In this document: piece by piece, positions 60,401 through 64,000 of the stretch
Layout: every line of letters starts with the position of its first letter
Position numbering within the stretch: the stretch's first letter is position 1
Made by a program: the position numbers and the translations under genes
DNA from: Macrostomum hystrix
Taxonomy: Eukaryota; Animalia; Platyhelminthes
Reading direction: 5' to 3'
NCBI GenBank assembly: GCA_950097015.1
Contig: CATNEN010000037.1
Span: 1,736,001 to 1,800,000, forward strand
DNA length: 64,000 nucleotides
Notes under the pieces: generated by a model
The model's input: the letters and a program-made list of their open reading frames with translations, nothing else
The model's database searches: none
Told to the model about the DNA's origin: nothing

Positions 60401-62470
60401 AATAAAACATTAATCTGAATTAACAATGCACGTAAAATTTAATGAACTTGCGCTGCCCAAACAAAAGATGCTTTAGCCCAGTGATTAACGCTTCAGACTT
60501 CTCACCCAGAGGTCGGGAGTTCGTATCCTATCCAAAGGGGAAAAATTGTATCCCTGACTAAGACACTTAATTCCCTCATGCTTCAGTTCGGGTGAGCGTG
60601 GCGTTGGTCCCCTCCCCAGTCCATGGACTGAACAGCTCCATGGACTGACATGGCTGGACACAGCTGTTGACATTTCTATCTGTCTCGGTATCAATCAGGG
60701 GGAACTTAAGAAGTGAGAACAATTCTCATTCTATTACCCAATCTCTTTTACAGAGGCCGAAGTGGACTCTCGCCGCCTCGCCTTGGCGTCTTCCTTCCCA
60801 CAGGCGCTGTCGGTGACCTCGGACGGCGTCCGGACGGCCAGGCGAAGCGCCATGTCCAGCAGAGACAGGCCGCCGAGAGCCAAGAAGGGACTGGCCCGGC
60901 CCAGCCACTGCGCCAGCACGGCGCCGAACGGGAAGCCGATGATCAGGCCGAAGCTGAGGCCGCCGAATGCGATGGCGGCGGCTTTCGCCCGTTCGACTTC
61001 GTCGCCAGCGAATGTGGCCGCGAGCAGGGCGAGGCCGGCCACGGTGGACAAGCTGGATGAGGCGGCCTGAAGTAAGCGGGCCGCAAGCAAGGTCGGATAG
61101 TTCGGACTGAAGCCGAACATGCCGGCGGTGATCTGCGAATCGGGGCCGTTGCATGGGAGAAGGATTTGATATTGCTGCGTATCGATTGCAATTCATCAAA
61201 ATTAGCCTAGAGATTAGAGTGTCTGACTCACGTCTTGAAGGTCGGGGGTTCGATTCCTGACTCAACTGGAACAATTTGTGTCCTTTAGCAAGACACTTAA
61301 CTCTGCATTGCTTCAGTTCACCCAGCTGTTAAATGGGTACCAGCATCAGCTGGTGTAATTGAGGCCGGGTGTGGCGTCTCCCCAGTCCATGGACTGAACA
61401 GCCGTACGCAGCCTTTAGATGTGCCACGCAATAGTTGCGGCTGTGCTGTCGGCTGCACACCTGGCCCAGTTAGGGCAGGTGCAATAAATTATTATCCTTT
61501 ATTCTTAATGAATCCTCTGGCGTGCCATCGCTAGTAACTTCAACAGCAGCGATATTTTTCGAGCACGCATTCTTTCCCTATAAAAATATATTCAGACACA
61601 TTCGGTCAAACGATCAAAAACCTTTTTCTAATTGTGCGGACCTAATCTTTGTGGAATAAAAGAAGAGAAATAGAGAAGTTATAAAACAGAAACTGTACCT
61701 AACCAACTTAACTTATAGCGGGGCGCTTCCAAATGCTGTGTACAACTATCCAGTCCATGGACTGGGAAGGCTGCCCGTTCACCCCAATTTCCGCCCTAGT
61801 TAATTCTGGAATTGATTTTACAGCTACATATTGTGGAATTAAACTATGATCTAACCTTTAAAGTTCCCTCGCCCAATCAATTGAAACTTTTCTAGTTTCC
61901 TTCTATTCTTCTAATTGTGCTTTTCCCAATTCGAAACACACGCTAAGAGCGAAGTTTGGCGTCGATAGGCAATCAATCTAAATGACTTACCATGTACAGT
62001 CCTGAGCCAATCAGAAGCGGCGCCTTGTGCCCAATCCGATCAACCAATGGTCCGACTAGGAGATTTCCGATCACCTCAACGCCCGGCTTCAGTCCCAGTA
62101 CTAGGCCAATCTGTGGCGCATACTTCGCGTACAGCTGCTTCTCACTGCTGAACTGATCTGGCGATGAAGCTGAGAACTGAGAAGAAACGTTGGCCGAATG
62201 GTTGCTGCCCAGTTGACGGCTGGAGGTGATGCCACCGCCGCCGCAGCGGAACAGACTGGAAAGCCAGGATGACCAGGTTAGTCCGCCGTGTTTCAGCTGG
62301 TCGAGCTCGTAGAGCATGGCTGGCAGCAGTGGTTCGAGTACGGTGATTAGCATCACGTCTAGCATAAGCAGCAGTGTAACCACCGCGACAACCAGACTCT
62401 TTGACTCGCGCACCCTCGTCCAACAGCTTTTGTTTGTTCCGTTAAGACGCTCATTAACTGGTTGATACAT
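57417..62470 (-). CDS. SLC18-family (VMAT/VAChT-like) MFS transporter, ~534 aa (exons 62470-61991, 61132-60738, 59959-59605, 58619-58383, 57554-57417)
   Basis: LLMLDVMLITVLEPLLP, GLVLGLKP..EVIGNLLVGPLVDRIG, YPTLLAARLLQ, ERAKA..IAFGGLSFG..IGFPFG, L.Y..D....EYGAV. All four introns are GT-AG and phase-compatible (0, 2, 0, 0). An upstream in-frame ATG exists at 62542. Confidence 0.9.
57604..57845 (+). repeat. 14-bp tandem array (GTAGCACTCTGTGT), ~17 copies, in SLC18 intron 4
   Basis: Directly visible. Confidence 0.95.
57945..58350 (+). repeat. 13-bp tandem array (CTGACATTCCCTT), ~31 copies, in SLC18 intron 4
   Basis: Directly visible. Confidence 0.95.
58695..59543 (+). repeat. 19-21-bp repeat (GTGCTCAGATAAGAACGGA): degenerate on the left, 158-bp higher-order repeat on the right, in SLC18 intron 3
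   Basis: Marker GGACTGCC recurs at 59101, 59259 and 59417. Confidence 0.92.
60095..60350 (-). mobile_element. SINE family B (CORE-like), 3' truncated, in SLC18 intron 2
   Basis: Reverse complement is very similar to 61203-61495. Confidence 0.9.
60478..60640 (+). mobile_element. Diverged SINE family B relative in SLC18 intron 2
   Basis: GGTCGGGAGTTCGTATCC B-box, AAGACACTTAA..CATGCTTCAGTTC CORE remnant and CCCCAGTCCATGGACTGAACAGC. Confidence 0.7.
61203..61495 (+). mobile_element. SINE family B (CORE-like), in SLC18 intron 1
   Basis: tRNA-like head GGGGTTCGATTCC, CORE-like TGTGTCCTTTAGCAAGACACTTAAC...CTGTTAAATGGG and tail GGCAGGTGCAATAAATTATTAT. Confidence 0.9.
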
Positions 62471-64000
62471 TTTGATTCGTCTATTTTCTGCCTCGACCTG
62501 GCTATGGTGGGTATTACAGCTCTGCGGCTTGATTCTAGCCATGGATACTTCAATTCGTTTGCACTTTTTTATTCTACGCCCTGCGGTCCTCCAAAGTGTA
62601 GCATTAGCAGCTTGAAATGGACGGCCCTTTCAGCCAATCAGCTTGCTGGTAGGGGTTTAGGGATCGACGACTGGGGCACGAAAATAGACGGAGTTTCACA
62701 GAGTACATTCTCTCGACCGCATGCGCTCAGATCATGATAGGTACGATCGATCTAGCTTTTTGACAGTACTGGTTGCTCGCCTGTGAAGTACATGAGAAAA
62801 AAGTCGTCTGAATATTTAACCGCATTTCGCTTTTCACACGCAAAAAATTTCGATAAACCTTTACCGCGCATTATATCGATCAATGGTTAAAGCAAAACTA
62901 CTCGTATTAGACGATAAGTTGACCTAATTTTTTGGCGTTAAATTTTCCTCCACTTTTGCGTCTTTTTATCAAGAACACACTTGCCTAGTTGTGACTGCGG
63001 TTTTATAAAGAGCTAATGGGAGTTTAATAAAGTAAATATTAATGAATCTAATGGTTGCATCAGTGATCGTTAATAGCTGGTTGGAATGGGCCGACGTCAA
63101 AGGGCATGCATATAATCGATTCTAATAAATCCAATAACAGCCTGAGTTATCTCTCCAAAACACCCAACTCCAGCACCTACACAACTACTCTGCAGTTCAG
63201 AACAGGGTGAAAATTTATCGTTTAAAAGTTTCAACGACATATGTTGTATGACGACAGACACCTATATTCAAGACTGCATTTTCGCCGCACCGTTAAAAAT
63301 GGACCCTCTAGATCACTCTTCGGAATTCCAATCGGATCTTCATAAACGATTTCTAGACAAGCTTTGATTGTTTTAGGGACCTGTGCATTGAGATCTCTGT
63401 GTAGTATTTGGCATGAAATGATAAAATTAGGACAAATTTTATTTTAGCTCTTGAATATTCGCTTAAAAACGAACTGACTGTGTTGAATGATTAACAAGAT
63501 AAGAAGATATGAGTTAGGTCTATCGGAGACTCAACAAATCGTAGTTTTCATTGGTGGACTAGGATACTGGACCTTAAGAAAAGAAGAGAATAAATAGCCA
63601 AAAGCAATTCAACTAAAAATATGGATCCACAAGTCGAAGTAGCGTATTTTATTTAATACCTATCATTTTTAACTGCAAAGCAAGCTTCTCTGATATCCTA
63701 TATATCATCGGATCTATCTCAATAAATATAGTCTTTTGTTTTAATTAACGAAGAGAACGAACTTTTTAGCACATTTTAAATAGACCGTTTCGTGTAAACA
63801 TATTATGTTTAAGGTCAGAAATCTGGATGTTGTATAAATAATGAAAATTGCAAGCTTTAGTGAGCCTAAATTGTTTTCTAAAAATGAAAAAAATTATAAT
63901 AGCTCGTTTACTATTTAGTAAAGCAAAGTATATCTATGATATACTGATCCAGTAAAATTATGTGTGTGTGAGTAAATTGTAATTATTGACAATAGGCCAG

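Overview
Animal genomic DNA with GC-rich coding exons, AT-rich GT-AG introns, tRNA-derived SINEs and about 20 minisatellite/satellite arrays covering roughly 24 kb (~37%) of the window. The overall style suggests a free-living flatworm such as Macrostomum; this is inference only. Supported genes: 3' part of an unknown gene, a calmodulin-like gene, a VWA + DUF4537-type gene, a BTB gene, a GALNT, a very divergent SLC1 transporter, a class A peptide-type GPCR with a polyQ tail, a DEG/ENaC channel, an intronless Ser-rich orphan and a 5-exon SLC18 (VMAT/VAChT-like) transporter. Most very long ORFs in the track are artefacts of stop-free tandem repeats. The main exception is the 24-bp array at 23.4-27.6 kb: it begins exactly at a splice acceptor, and its variants are skewed to synonymous changes in a (T-Y-G-S-C-C-D/G-S)n frame, so it may be a ~1,380-codon Cys/Tyr-rich exon. 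Other highlights: both transporters have lost canonical substrate/ion-binding residues; two CORE-type SINEs form an inverted pair around one SLC18 exon; a 14-bp palindrome is dispersed across the window; and a 47-bp array sits upstream of a TATA box and small ORF in a cassette with short inverted ends.
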